Origin: Octopus vulgaris
Lineage: Eukaryota
Length of the DNA stretch: 64,000 bases
Direction of reading: 5' to 3'
Assembly (NCBI GenBank): GCA_951406725.2
Contig: OX597833.1
Location: 38,564,001 to 38,628,000, forward strand
Made by a program: the position numbers and the translations under genes. Below, one piece after another: positions 1 to 13,479 of this stretch. Each line of letters starts with the position of its first letter. The stretch's first letter is position 1. The notes beneath the pieces were generated by a model that saw only the letters and a list, made by a program, of their open reading frames with translations, was not told the DNA's origin and ran no database searches.

Positions 1-259
1 TAATCAAGTTAATATTCCAGTTTTTCAAAAAAAAAAAGAATAATAATTGGGAGAGAGAGATAGGAAAGAGAAGAAAGAAAGAGATAGAATATATATATAT
101 ATATGCATGTTTGAAAAAAAGAGTATGTGTGAGAGGAAGGATGAAGGCAAAGTAAATAACAACAGCAGAATTTGTTAAAAGCAACTCAGAACATAAAGTA
201 GCATAACTAAATACTGCAAATATGTTCTTTAGCACACTAATGATTTAACTATACACTTG

Positions 260-480
260 CAGTAATAATGGTTTCAAATTTTGGCACAACTTTGGGGGCA
301 GAGGCTAGTTGATTACATCAACCCCAGTTTTCAATTGATACTTAATTTATCAACCCTGAAAGGATGGAAAAGCATAGCCTGACCTTGGCAAAATTTGAAC
401 TGAGAACAAAAGTATAAAAGAAATGTTGTGAAGCATTTCTTCCATACTTCTGTTAAGGATTTTGCCAGTTTGCTGCCTTC
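260..480 (-). mobile_element. tRNA-derived SINE family 1 (decayed copy)
   Basis: Reverse complement of the GAGTTCAAATT B-box and GCCTTTCATCCTTTC central domain seen in many copies in this window. Confidence 0.7.
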
Positions 481-1134
481 CCACTTACAGTAATGATAAT
501 AATAAAGATAATAGCTATCTTATACAGAAATCCATTTATTTGGCGGGAAAGCATAGATTATAGCAACACCCAAACATTTGATGGAAAGACCCCAACCCAT
601 TTTCTCCCAAATTTGTTTATTTTTGTAATTTTTTTTTGCCAAAAATTGCCATTTTCAGATATGGAGGTTCTGGAAAATTGCCAAAAAATCGGCATTGTGA
701 AAATTTCCCCCCGTTTCCACCCCTCAACCTACTACTTCAATTTTGACTTTTTTCCTCAACACTAACCCTAAAACCGTAAGTACAGAAATGATTTGAAATT
801 ATTGTCCGAATCATGATTTTTCCGCATATTTAGAAGAAAAAAAATTTTACAAAGATTTTTGGAAATTTTTTTTCAGAATCATAATCTCTGTATTTTTTCG
901 CATATTTTGAGAAAAAAATTGTGCAAAAAGTTAAAAATGAAGGAAATGGGGGTGGGGGTGTAATTTAGAAATGTCGATTTTTGCTAATTTTTTTGCAGAT
1001 TCGTATTCTCCGTAGCTGAAAAGTGGGGGGAATAGTTTTTTTTTTTGGGGGGGGGGCGGAAGTCTTGCCCATTTGACTGTTATTTATATAAACTAATACA
1101 GACATGGAATAACTTTCTTTTGAAAACACTCATC

Positions 1135-1515
1135 ATTATCATCCATTTTTCTATGTTCGCATGGGTAAGATGGTTTGACTAGGGCTGGTAGGCCAGAGAG
1201 CTGCATTAGGCTCCAGTTTGTCTTGGCTTGGTTTCTACAACTGAATGCTCTTCCTAATGCTAACCACTCCACAGAGTGTACTAGGTGCCTTTCAATGTCA
1301 CTGGCCACATTTATGATTTCAGCCTGACATGTCTTCTAGAGCACAATTAAATCACTAAAAATCTCAGTTATTTGTCATCGCCTCCGTGAGACTCAACATC
1401 TAAAGATCATAGTTCACCACCTCGTCCCACATCTTCCTACGTCTACCTCTTCCAGATTCCCTCCACAATTAGAGATTGGCACTTCTTTATGCAGCAGTCC
1501 TTGTCCATATACATT
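1135..1515 (-). mobile_element. RTE-type LINE 3' fragment / RTE-tailed repeat
   Basis: (CAT)n tail plus GCTGGATGCCCTTCC-like 3' block, adjoining decayed RT C-terminal sequence. Confidence 0.55.
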
Positions 1516-1839
1516 ACCTTTGACACTAATTTAAGGACTAGCTCAACAAGGATTAATTTTGTGGCCTAAGTAATGGAATATATAATAAGATGTTTTCTAC
1601 AGTCTAAGAGCTGATGTTTAGCTCTAATTTTATGATGTTAAGGAGGAGAATCAAATCTTCTTTGAGATAGGATACTGTCTATCATAGTAGCCACATTTCC
1701 AACTAATACATTTCTGTTTTGAAAAAGGAAGGCATCTATTTGATAATATAATCCCAGATACACTAAGTCTGGAAAAAAACTTTGGATCATAGGTGCTTAA
1801 TCAAGGCCAACTTATGGGTTAAACAACAAAATATCAATA

Positions 1840-2050
1840 TCAAATTTTGACAGAAGGCCAACAACTTCGGGGGAGGAGCTGAGTTGATTACATCAACCCC
1901 CAGTGCTCAACTGGTACTTATTTTATCGACCTCAAAAAGATGGAAGGTAATGTCAACCCCAGCGGAATCTGAACTCAGAATGTAAGGACAGATTAAATGC
2001 TGCTAAGCATTTTGCCCAGTGTGGTGACAATTATGCCATCTCACCGCCTT
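1840..2050 (-). mobile_element. SINE family 1
   Basis: Same consensus as the other family-1 copies. Confidence 0.75.
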
Positions 2051-2206
2051 AATCAACAACAAAATATTACAAGGACTATCATTCCAAGTTTTACAAGTAC
2101 TATTAAAAGAGACTGTGGCAGCACCAGCATCACTGCACAACTACCCACCTACTAGAACAGAATGTCGCAGAAAATATTTTCAGGTGATAGGATAAAGACA
2201 AATTAC

Positions 2207-2299
2207 CTGTAAGATGGCAGATAATGATTTTTCCCCAGCACTTGCTGATTTCCATTTGTGGACACCATCAGGTTTGAGGAGATTCTCTGCTGGATGATT
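2207..2299 (-). CDS. XRCC1: XRCC1 coding exon 2 (NHPAENLLKPDGVHKWKSASAGEKSLSAILQ); later exons lie outside the window
   Basis: TTTTCCAG acceptor, GTAATT donor, 93 bp, phase 0/0. Matches XRCC1 N-terminal domain HCAENLLKADTYRKWRAAKAGEKTISVVLQ. Confidence 0.93.
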
Positions 2300-2329
2300 C
2301 TGGAAAATAACAACAAAAAACATTAATTT

Positions 2330-2885
2330 CAAATTTTGGTACAAGGCCAGCAATTTCGGGGTAGGAGCTGAGTCAATTACATCAACCTCCATGATGAAAG
2401 GCAATGTTGATCCTGGCAGAATTTGAATTCAGAATGTAAGTACAGATGAAATGCTGCAAAGCATTTTGTCTAGTGTGCTAACAATTCTTTTCTACTCTAG
2501 GCACAAGGCCCAAAATTTTGGGGGAGGAGGCCAGTCGATTAGATTGACTCCAGTACACAACTGGTACTTAATTTATCAACCCTGAAAGGATGAAAGGCAA
2601 AGTCGACCTTGGCAGAATTTGAACTCAGAATGTAAAGACAGGCGAAATACCTATTTCTTTACTACCCACAAGGGGTTAAACACAGAGAGGACAAACAAGG
2701 ACAGACACATGGATTAAGTCGATTATATCGACCCTAGTGCATAACTGATACTTATTTAATCAACCCTGAAAGGATGAAAGGCAAAGTCGACCTCGACAGA
2801 ATTAGAACTCAGAACGAAGCGGCAGATGAAATACTGCTAAGCATTTCGCCTGGCATGCTAACGCTTCTGCCAGCTCACTGCCTTA
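2330..2885 (-). mobile_element. Cluster of three stacked SINE family 1 units
   Basis: Repeated gaaaggatgaaaggcaaagtcgacct...gaactcagaa blocks. Confidence 0.8.
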
Positions 2886-3110
2886 AACAACAGTAAAATA
2901 TTAGAAAGACTGTCATTTCAAGTTTTAGCGCTATTAAAAGATACTGTGACAGTATGTGCATGTTTGAATTTTCAAATGAAGAAAAGTACACAATACATAT
3001 TCACTTATTCAAAGCCTCTTCTAATGTTTTCTCTCTTCCTCTTTTGCATAATCCTTCTACTTGAATTGCTTGCTACTTTTGCACCCAACTGGCATCCTCC
3101 ACATGCATCA

Positions 3111-3497
3111 TCTCTCTATATATAAACGGCAGTTTGTCTGTGCGTGTTTCTGTGTGTCTGTTTTCTCGTACCCTCACCCTGACCACGGCTTTCAACCGAT
3201 TCTGATGAAACTTGACACACACATAGCCCAATGTCATAATTCAAAACTAACGCAGCGAAAATTTTGAAAAGTTAACCCCAGTTCTGAAAAAAATCGATAA
3301 ATTCGACATGGGGTCGAGAATAAAAAAAAACAAACCACAGACTGTCTAGGGGACGCAACTCAACCTTTTTTACTCTCAAAAAAAAATTTACCATAATTTT
3401 TTTTCCATTTTTTTGCTATTTTTTGGCTATAACTCTCTAAAAATGCTTTATAGTTATTTCCCTTACAAACCTGAGCAACGCCGGGCGATACTGCTAG
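3111..3497 (+). mobile_element. Non-autonomous Helitron
   Basis: A|TC...TATATATAAA 5' end, subterminal hairpin cctgagcaacgccggg, and CTAG|T 3' end. Confidence 0.75.
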
Positions 3498-3689
3498 TGT
3501 GTCATATTAGGACAGTTTTCTCTCTTGCATGCTACATCAAACTTCTCTGATTCTAATCTTTCTCAACTCATTTGCACTGTCATTCATGCACTCAACATTA
3601 CACCTTCATTGAAGTATGCTTGTTCATTTGTTTCCAGTTTAACATATCCTTCGGATTAAGAATTTTTAGCACACTTATAGGTGAAAGTA

Positions 3690-4445
3690 AAGCTGTGTGA
3701 TAAGAAGCTTGTTTCCCAACTACATGGTTGCAGATTCAGTTCCACTGTATGGCAGCTTGGGCATGTGGCTTCTACTGTAGCCTCGAGTTGACCAAAGCCT
3801 TGTGAGTGGATTTGGTAGACGGAAACTGAAAGCTCATTGTATATACATACTAGCAGTATTGCCCAGCGTTGCTCGGGTTTGTAAGGGAAATAACTACATA
3901 AGCATTTTTAGAAATGTAAAGTATAATAGCCATCTCAATATGGCTAACCACAAAGGGGGGGTTACTGTAGTTTTTTACGTTCTGAGATTTAATAATAAAT
4001 TTTTAGAGAGTTACTTCCCTTATATATGCCAAAAATGCATTAAAAATGGGAAAAATTGATGGTAAATTTTTTTTAAATTGTAGATGCACGCTAATACCCA
4101 GAAGGGCTCGATATGAATCATGACTATAAGATACCCGGTTTTGGTTAAACTGCACCGCCAAATGTGAGAGTAGTTAGGAATCTAAATCGTAGGAGACAGA
4201 CAGCACACAACCTCACTTTTATATATAAAGATATGTGTGTGTGTGAATCTTTGTCCTCCATGACTGCTTGACAACTAGTGTCAGTGTGTTTATGTCCCCC
4301 ATAACTTAGCAGTTTGGCAAAAGAGACCAACAGAATAAGTACCAGGTTTAAAAAAATGTACTGGAGTTGATTCATTTTACTAAAAATTCTTCAAGGCAGA
4401 GCCCCAGCATGGCCACAGTCTAATGACTGAAACAAGTAAAAGATA
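3690..4445 (+). mobile_element. tRNA-derived SINE family 2, interrupted by a Helitron
   Basis: gctgtgtgataagaagcttg...gtggatttggtagacggaaactgaaag head and ccccagcatggccacag...gaaacaagtaaaag tail. Confidence 0.75.
3850..4231 (-). mobile_element. Non-autonomous Helitron nested in a SINE
   Basis: Minus strand reads A|TCTTTATATAT...cccgagcaacgctggg...CTAG|T; shares its 3' end with 3111-3497. Confidence 0.75.
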
Positions 4446-4937
4446 TTGCACAAGTATTTCACACTCCATTTATCCACATTTCAGTTAGTCCCCTCAGGTC
4501 ATTTTATTATTTTTTTATAATGCAGGAGATTATACCAGTCAACAATTATTTTCAATTATTTTCTAAATAAAAATCTTTGTTGACTAACCAAGCAGTCTTG
4601 TGAAGGCTATATTATACTGATGAAGTCTAATAAACTGAAATATACCCATAGTTGTCCCTTTAACTACCCTTCATTATTTATCCAAATTTATGGCATTGGC
4701 CCATTTGAGTTGCTTCCATTCATTCAGATAGTTTTTACATCTGCTGTACTGTAGACAGTTACATTTTCTCTTGCATTTTGTATGTCTTCTAGAGAAATAG
4801 AATAAGAGCTAACAACTGTACACACTATTTTAGAACCCACATCCAGATTGGTGCAGGGTTATTCAGATAAGAAAGTGGAAGAATGAGAAACAGTTTGGAA
4901 TTTAGCTAGATCCCACAGCCCTTTCAGTTAAAATTTT

Positions 4938-5001
<64 letters not shown>

Positions 5002-5299
5002 ATACAGGTTGAATGCCATTATAAAGTGTCAGGTGTATGACAATTTTACAACACACTATGAATGTATCCTGGGGAAATTAACAAGAATGGAAATCCTACT
5101 CCAAATTTTATGATCTCATGGAAAATTAATAACTCTAAAGCATAAGTGTCCTTATTAAAAAAAAAAAAAATTACAAGCCACTATAAACCAAAAGTTTGCT
5201 TCTAACCCACAAACTGTATACTAGAGGATGAAGGGAAAAATATTGTTATAAAAAGAGCCCCATTTCAGGAAGATTATTCTGGTCTAAGATCTGGAATGA

Positions 5300-7260
5300 A
5301 AATAAAAATTTTAATCAAAACACAGTACAGCTAGACACAGTATAGCAAGAAAACAATACCACCATCAATAGTAAAACCTATGCAAATAATGTTGAAACAG
5401 CTGTAGGAAAGCTGTACAATGGAAAGGTACTTGAGAGACCTCATAGACAGTCATTTAATTATACATATATTTCAAAACATTATGGAAAACCATATACTGA
5501 ACTGGCTTGCCATAGCATGAAAAGCCTTTAACCAAGAGTGACTTGGTAGAGAAAGATAACCCCAGAGCCAACCATACAAACTGTACACATGTTAGCTTGA
5601 ACTCATTCCTTCAAGACTATTGCAAGTCAATAATACAGACACTAATGAGCAAGCAAATGCAAAGGAAGGAATGCGGACATGCACTGAACTAGTAAATAAA
5701 GCTGCTTTGTCCCAAGAACACAATGAAAACTTTGTAACAGAATATTCTAGTTATAGAAAGTTGTTTGATTCTATTCACCATCCATGGCTACTTAGATCAA
5801 AATAGTTTTGGTAAAAGTATCTGCTGTCATGACAGGCTCATGAAAACCTGTTCCAGTATCCTCACACTTGTAAATGAAACTGGAAAGATTGTCTCTGCTG
5901 TTATAAATATTTCAAAAGGAGTATTTGAAGGGGACTCTCGGTTCATGTTTCTATTTATTTTGGCTCTAAATCCACCATCACTTAATGAAATTCCACTGGC
6001 TATGTCAGCAAGAAACACTAATATAACCCATAATTTCTTTGTGGATAATATATACTCAAAATTTTACAATGCTGACAAACAATCAGGGGCGTATATTCTG
6101 GGTGTGCTAGGTATGCACTGCACACCCATCGAAAATTATACCCCTGCTTGAAATTTGGTGGCATTGAGTGTGACAAAACACTCACTACAACTTCTATACG
6201 CCACTGCAAACAACTAGATTTTGTCATATTTTCTGTTGATATAAGGATGAAATTTAGTGAAAAGAAATGCTTATATTTAACAAACCGAATGCAGAAATAC
6301 TGTTCCCCCAAACTCCAAACCTATACATCAATGGTCTCTTTACCTCCCCTGAGTGTTACAAATACCTAGGTATTTTGAAAATATATGATACAAACAGACT
6401 GTAAACAACGATCGAGTACCTAAAGAATATTACAGCAGACTTAAAAAGATACAGTAGTCAGAACATTCCACTTACATCAAGACAATATCTCATAATGCAT
6501 TTTCAGAACCAGTACTGGTATCAACATTTAGGAAACTAGTCTGGTCTGTAGAGGAAATCCACTCCACAGACATTAAAGCCTGCATGATCCTGACATCCAC
6601 TGCAAACTTCCACAAACAGTGATATTGAAAAATTCTATCACAGAAGAAAAGTAGGAGGAAGAGTTAAGATCGGTGCAGGCGGTCGTCTTTGAGTGATGTT
6701 TGATATCACTTAGACAGCACCTGCCAAACAATAGCAGCGAAAATAAACACACCAGCCAACTGTTCAAAATTGAAGTAAATAACATTCTGCAGGCTGGTTG
6801 TGAACAACTCAATAAACACTCACTTCCTGATGACACCTTCCTCCCACACACACTTGAATCTCGAAGTGTAGGTCTAGTATACTTCAGCAAAAACTTCGAG
6901 AAACATTCGGAATATCACAAAAAGGCTAAGCATGATTGTTTCCTATAAACTTGAGGGAGAACATGGAATGTAGTCTCTCTTGGATTCGTGACTGTTACAA
7001 CATGTCACACCTCAAAGGTTACGATTTTGCACTCCAAGAGAAGAAGACAGCTATGAAATATCTAATGAACAAATGAGACCATGAAGTTCTTAAGCGATCA
7101 TGATGCAACTCTAAGTATCGATTATGTCCACCTTCTGCGGAGTACATAATGCAGGTTATCAGCAGATACCTGAAAATGTCAAGGTACAACTCTCAGTGCG
7201 ACATGATATTGTTGCTAAAATATATACAATGCCATTCGCAGAAAGGGCTTCACTGGAAAA
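5300..7260 (+). mobile_element. Decayed R4/Dong-clade non-LTR retrotransposon (RT plus CCHC region) in XRCC1 intron 1
   Basis: Degenerate motifs YRKLFDSIHHPW, GVFEGDS..LFILALNP, HNFFVDNI, SDIEKFYHRRKVGG and RHDIVAK, with many stops and frameshifts. Confidence 0.75.
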
Positions 7261-8604
7261 ATCTAAACATCCTTCAAAACTTCCTTGCATACAGAAATTC
7301 GCCAACAGTACACCTGATGTTCCCACCCACCACTTCTTTTAACGACTCTTTACACTGTTCACTTCCTGTGTATTACTCTATGTACAGTTTCTGCAGCTTC
7401 TGGCTTTTTCTGATGAGTTCTAATGCACATGAGCACTGTATACAATAATTTCATTATCTTTGTTATTGAATACATACATATCAACACGAGGAATACTGGT
7501 GGAGCATTCCAATCAAAACTTTTACCAGGGGCAAACTTAACGTATCTAATATTAATATAGTTATTTAAGACAAAAAGAAAAACCCGTGTACTGTTACAGA
7601 GGTTAGCTGTCCTGCAGATGTACACAACTCTTCCAAAATCGGCAAAAAGGAGAATATTTATGGACAAACGTCTTGAAACCTGCAACTCCTCTACTCTGAT
7701 TATAAATTCACATTTATACAAATAATTACTAGTGAACATGGTTATGTTAGTATAAGTTTTAAGTGATAACGTGAAAAGGCTAGAATTTTGAGGTAAAGAA
7801 AGAGAGCCACTAAAGACGCACTTTACAAGAAAATTTGAAAGTGCAACAGTAAAAATACCTGAGACTTTTAAAATTCAACTTGTAGCAATTATTATTGTTG
7901 TTATCTTAACTCTAGATACTTCCTTCTCGGACGGATTCTAACTAATAAGAAAATTACATACATATATTCATCAGCTCGAAGCTGCTACCTGACAATTTTT
8001 GGTAGTATTTAAGGTATATCGCCTGAACTTATTAATGGGAACACGAGAAGGATAACAAATGCACGCACTACATACACGATGAATTGATATATTAATTGGT
8101 AGAGAACATGTACGTGCATGTATATGAATCTGCAGTATCAGAGTGTATATGGTCAGCTAGATTGCCTAAACACTGTCAAAAGGTCCTTAACGAATTACCA
8201 TTAAAGATAGAAATACCTATATATATATATATATACATACACACACACAAACATCCCAAGTCAGTCTCACAGCAACGAATGCACATGGCCATTAGTTGCT
8301 ATATATACAAATGATGAAAATGGTCCACTTCGGTTATTTAGCCATCGATCGTAACGACAGTAGTTAGTATCTCGACATTTAGTAAATAAATAAACGATTT
8401 AATTCAAACATATACATCCAATTTGATTTAGATAAAAGATATTTCCAGATATTTCCATTGATAAACTCGTAACTGGTCCTTAAGACACAATTAGTGAACG
8501 TAAACGAAAATAGAGATCTCCATGATATTTACTTCATAGATAAATGTATGCATGTAGTATACGTATATACATTATATATAAATATATATATATATAATAC
8601 TTAC

Positions 8605-8655
8605 TGTGTCCTGGCTGCTGTATGATACTATATGCTGGAGTTTAATTTCTGGCAT
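8605..8655 (-). CDS. XRCC1: XRCC1 coding exon 1 (MPEIKLQHIVSYSSQDT)
   Basis: ATG at 8655, 51 bp, then a GTAAGT donor. The peptide matches the XRCC1 N-terminus (human MPEIRLRHVVSCSSQDS). Not in the ORF track. Confidence 0.93.
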
Positions 8656-9924
8656 TTTGTCACTTTCTACTTAGATTGTTTTTAGTAAGGCAAAAATTTA
8701 CTATTATTCCTGGAAATCAGTGTTATGATTATTATTATTTTTTTTTTTTTACATATCAAATTGGCGCACTATCATGTATGTATATGTGCGCGTGTATATG
8801 TATGTGTGTGTTTATGTGAATGTGTTATAAATAATAACAGCCTCGTTTTCGAAAAAAAAAAAAGGAGATTCTATCGCCAAGTTATGTCTTTCTCTTTGGC
8901 GGAAGTATTGAAAATAAATACAGTTGCATCTTTTGCTAACTTTCTGCAAAGTAAAGTTGGCATTTCTAGTAAAGTAATAGAAGGTACTGACTTAAAATAT
9001 CAATGTTTCGTCAGGAGCTCACTGATGTTGAGATACTTAACATTTACTGGTGAAATCTGGGAATAGCTGTTCCTCATGGTAAAGTTTTTTTGGTGGGTGC
9101 CAGGGAAAACTTTTTCTTTCATTTTTGTGTTACAAATAACGAGAGATGGCCATTCAAATTAGTACATACTTATTAGAATGGCCAGCTCGGTTGTTTGTAA
9201 CGTATATATGTAAATATATGCATGCACACACACACATCACAGGTTTGTTTTGCCCAGTCAGCTGCCTAACCAAATAAAAATAGCTGCTTGCTGAAAACGT
9301 AAAGTGGGGACATAAACTCAAGGATTACCAGGAGTAGAAGAATAGCTGAGTAATAGATAAAGGAACTGATTAATTAGAAAAACTATATAGAATGCCGAAG
9401 AGAAAACAATGCATTTTCAGTTCATTGCACATTTACCATTAAACGGAGATAAAAGGTTGTATGAGCGAATGTGTCAAAACAAAAAAATTCCTTTTCCTTA
9501 AGGGTAATTTTTATGCGTATTTTCACTTTAAATAAGTACAAAAGCTATAATTGTCTCGCACAATAAAATTTATAACCCCGTTATCAAAAAGTACCGTAAC
9601 ATATTCGCTTTACATTCATTATGGTCGTATCCTTGTAAAGTTTTTAAATCACCAATTTATGTTCGCCGTTCAACTGTTTAAGAGAGCTGACCGACCTTTG
9701 ATTCTTATGAGCGACTTTCACATTATCAACTTGTAGCTCAAGAGTATCAGACCTGTTTACTGTCGGAGAACAAATGCAATGTGAGTTCACTAGATACTGG
9801 TCAGATAATGTAACATTTGCCACGAGCAATTACATAGGTGATTAATATAAAAATTTCGAAATGTGTATTTATTCTGTTCTTATACTCACATGAAGCTCTT
9901 AAAAGCAGATAAAATCAAGTGTAT

Positions 9925-10285
9925 CTTTTACTTGTTTCAGCCATGAGACTGCAGACATGCTAGGGCACCGCATTGAAGAGTTTTTAGTCGAATGAATCAA
10001 CCTTAGTATTTTTTTTAAAGCCTGGTACTTATTCTATCGACCTTTTTTTGCAGAACCTCTAAAGTAAGGGAAAGAAAACACGCCAACACCAGTTGTCAAG
10101 CGGTGGTGGGAGACAAACACATACACGTATGATGAGCTTCTTTCAGTTTCCGTCTGCTGAATCTACTAATAAAGCTCTTGATCAGCCCAAGGCTATTGTA
10201 GAAGAGACCTGTCCAAGGTGCCATGCAGTGGGACAACCTGGAACCACGTGGTTAGGAAGCAAGCTTCTTATCACCGCCATCTAAT
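9925..10285 (-). mobile_element. SINE family 2
   Basis: Homologous to 32325-32705 and 40060-40470. Confidence 0.75.
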
Positions 10286-10729
10286 TTTGGCACCAAATGC
10301 TGAGTTGCAACCACTTTCAGTGGTTGGGAAGCAAACTTCTTAACCATACAGTCATGCCTGTATTTATGTTAATTGGAAATTAACATAAATGCAATTAACA
10401 TAGGTGCAGGCATGACTGATGATGGATTTGTAGTAGTACTGTAGAAGCCAGTTTTGTTGTTATAGACCAAGTTTGTAGTTTTGGCAAAGTTCTCAGTGGG
10501 AGGAGGGGTTGGCTGGGACAATTGTGTGAAACCAGGATCTAATTTGAGGACAAGCAAAATCTAACAGGTATGTACTTTGTGAAGGGTAGCAGTGTTTTTA
10601 CCTTTCTTCCAAACACTACCTAGAAGAAATACTCAAAATATCTAAGAGAAATTCTCTTGATTGAACAAAGTAAGGCTTATGGGTATGGTTGAAGTGTTTA
10701 AAAGGCTAAGTACTTAGTTCAAACATAAG

Positions 10730-11030
10730 ACCTCCTTTGGTTATGAATGATCATAGGATTGCACCTAGAAAGTTGCCCCCTGATGCACAAGTCTGGGCAA
10801 GGTTGTTTTATGGAAGACCAGCAATCTCCCCTCTCCATGCCACTGATGTTATCCAAGGGAAAAGCAAAGGCCAATACACTTGGCACCAGTGATGTTGAAA
10901 CTCATTTCTACAGATGAACATGGAAAAAAATGTTTTGCTGAAGAACACAAACACACAACCTGGTCCAGGAACTGAACTCACTACCTCATGATTGTGAGCT
11001 CGATGCTCTAACCCTTGAGTCATAAGCTTA
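10730..11030 (-). mobile_element. tRNA-derived SINE family 3
   Basis: Reverse-complement homologue of 59547-59880. Confidence 0.7.
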
Positions 11031-11099
11031 AATGAACACTTGCCCATACACTTGTGGTCCTTGTATCCCAGTATTTAGGACTGAGAAATACAATTAGGA

Positions 11100-11700
11100 T
11101 TGTCTACATAAAAGATAATTTGTGATTGCTGTCATCCTTTGTATTACAGTATGGACTGGTAATTAGAGCTGGGATGAGAAGAGGTGGTCAGGAAGGACCA
11201 GTGTGGATTTGGTGGAACTAATGAATCCTGAAAACTATAATGTCATACTCAACTGAAGGTACTGAGACAAAGGACATAAAACTGATGTAAAGGGCTTAGT
11301 TATGGGAGTAAATCCTTTTGGCTTGAAGAACTAAAAATGAACTAAAAAAAAAACAAAATAGAAAAAGCAGGAGAAAGGAAAGCTGTGTAAAGTATCTGAG
11401 GCAGCACCAAGACCAGTAGGTCCCAGTTTCCAGTCATAGCTTGGAAATGGTGAAGAGCATCACTTTGTATTGAGTTCAGTAACCAGGTGAACAAACATCC
11501 TTTGACTCTAGCAATCCACAGCACAATCCTTTTGTCTGGCAATGAGCAGGAGAACCAAGAACAAACTATCACTGAAAATATAAGGGATTAAAAAAGAAGG
11601 AACACCTTCAAAAGGAACAATGAAACCCAACAAAGTGTTTTAAAATGAGTGAGGTGGCTCTGACTCCTCTGGAATACATTATGTGGTTCACAATAATGCA
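11100..11700 (-). mobile_element. Possible highly decayed LINE (endonuclease region) fragment
   Basis: Compositional similarity to CR1-like ORF2; no intact frame. Confidence 0.3.
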
Positions 11701-11789
11701 ACAAAATAATGAAGATGGTATTGTTGATAAAGTACCAGTTAAGTACTAGAATTGATGGTATTAACTATTTCTCCTCAAATTTGCTGGGA

Positions 11790-12075
11790 CAGTGAGCTGG
11801 CAGGGGTATTAGGTCATCAGAATACATGACTTGCAGTATTTCTACTAATTCTTTACATTCTGAGTTCAAATCCCACTGTAGTCAGCTTTGCCTTTCATCC
11901 TTTCAAAATTGGTAGCATAGAGCACCAGTCAAATACTGGGATTAATAATATCAGTTAAACTCCTCCTTTTAAAAATTACTGACCTTGTGCTTAAATTAGA
12001 AACAGTTATTGTTTAACTTTGTCTTCTTCCTTTCAGAGTTGTTGAAATAAGTACCAGTTACATACTGGAGTCGAT
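11790..12075 (+). mobile_element. SINE family 1 (decayed units)
   Basis: gagctggcag...tgagttcaaatccc...gcctttcatcctttc. Confidence 0.65.
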
Positions 12076-12559
12076 TTCTATTTGATCATGCCACCATAGA
12101 GAACAATGATAGCTGAAATATGGGCTAAAATTACCTGCTAAGAGCCATCATGCCAAATATGAGATAATATGTTGTGATTGCTTTCTCGTTACAGAACTGA
12201 CAAGGTGTTGAATGCTAAGCACTGTTACTGTAATATGTAGTGTGAGCATGTAGTGTAAACATTCAAACACCATCTCTATCTTCCTGAATCTTGCTGCATT
12301 TCACTTCGAGATCTTGGTCTTTCAAAATTGTCAGCAGTATAAATTGACCTATGTTTTTTGGCTGTAAATTTTGCTCTGAAAAATTCAGAAAATATAGTCT
12401 CTGTGGGAAGAATGAAAAGTTAATTAATCTCTGTTGCTGGTGAGAAGTACTTCATAATAGTTCTTATTTATATAGTTAGGGAGACTGCAATACTGATTAC
12501 ATAATTATGCATCTGTTAACATTATTGAGTAAAACAGGAGTTAAATGTATATGGCAGGT

Positions 12560-12885
12560 ACATCATCATCATCAATGTTTAATGTCTGTTTTTCATGCTG
12601 GCATGGGCTGGATGGCTTGACAAGAGCAGGTGAGGCCAGGGGCTGCACCAGGCTCCATAGGCTGTTTTGGTTTTGTTTCTGCAGCTGGATGCCCTTCCTA
12701 ATGCCAACTATTTTACAGAGCCTAGTGGGTGCTTTTTATGTGGCACCATCACCAGTGCTTTTTACATGACACCAGCATCCACACCAGTGCTTTTTATGTG
12801 GCACCTTGGTTTTCGGATCTCAGTTCTGTTGTGGTGGGTGGGCCTTCTTGAGTACAGCAATGTGCTACATATCTCAGTCCTCTGA
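12560..12885 (-). mobile_element. RTE-tailed repeat family 4
   Basis: (CAT)n tail, ttttcatgctggcatggg...gctggatgcccttcctaatgccaac. Confidence 0.6.
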
Positions 12886-13225
12886 CAAAAATGCATATGT
12901 TGTTCAAGTCCTTTAAGTTAGCTGATTTCTCTTTTCTGCCTAAAAATTGCTGCATTTGTCTACTATGATTTAATTTGTTCTTTTTACATATATTTATTCA
13001 AAAATTTACAAAGAAAAAGCAACAAAAACGAAGGAAAAACTCATTGTTTATTAATTTTTATTAATGATTAATAGATTTTTATCACTGATTAACAGATTTT
13101 TATTGATGTTATCATTGCCAGTGTTGCCTTCTTTTTGTTGTTGATACTCTCCTCCTCTTCCTTTTTTACTGATTTAAAAACCATCATTATGCAGGTGTTC
13201 CTAGCGGATGGAAATGTCTCTCATT

Positions 13226-13479
13226 CTAGTCTAGAATCACTTCAGATAACATAGGTTCATCATGAAGACCTAACTCCATATTTCTGAAGGCTGTCTCGCG
13301 AATTTCTTTCCTCATGGCAACTGTGTTTGTGGCACAGTGTGGTGTAATGATAACATTTGGGAAGTTGTAAAGCTTGTGATCTACTGGCAAGGGTTCGGGT
13401 GTAGTGACGTCCAGGGCAGCTCCTGCAATCCTTCTTGATTCCAGTGCATCAACAAGAGCACTTTGGTCAATGATATCTC
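13226..13479 (-). CDS. 2-hydroxyacid dehydrogenase copy A, exon 4 (last; spliced CDS 981 nt = 326 aa)
   Basis: GDIIDQSALVDAL...AGAALDVTTPEPL...NVIITPHC contains the catalytic Glu and His; TAG stop. Phases 1/2/1 join into one open frame. Confidence 0.92.

Noticed and set aside
1-2200. Search for XRCC1 exon 3 (expected ..IHSIDIGN..)
   Set aside because: Not found in the window; presumably lies beyond position 1.
3203-3212. CTGATGAAAC as a hammerhead core
   Set aside because: No stem II between CTGATGA and GAAA; it is an ordinary part of the Helitron body.
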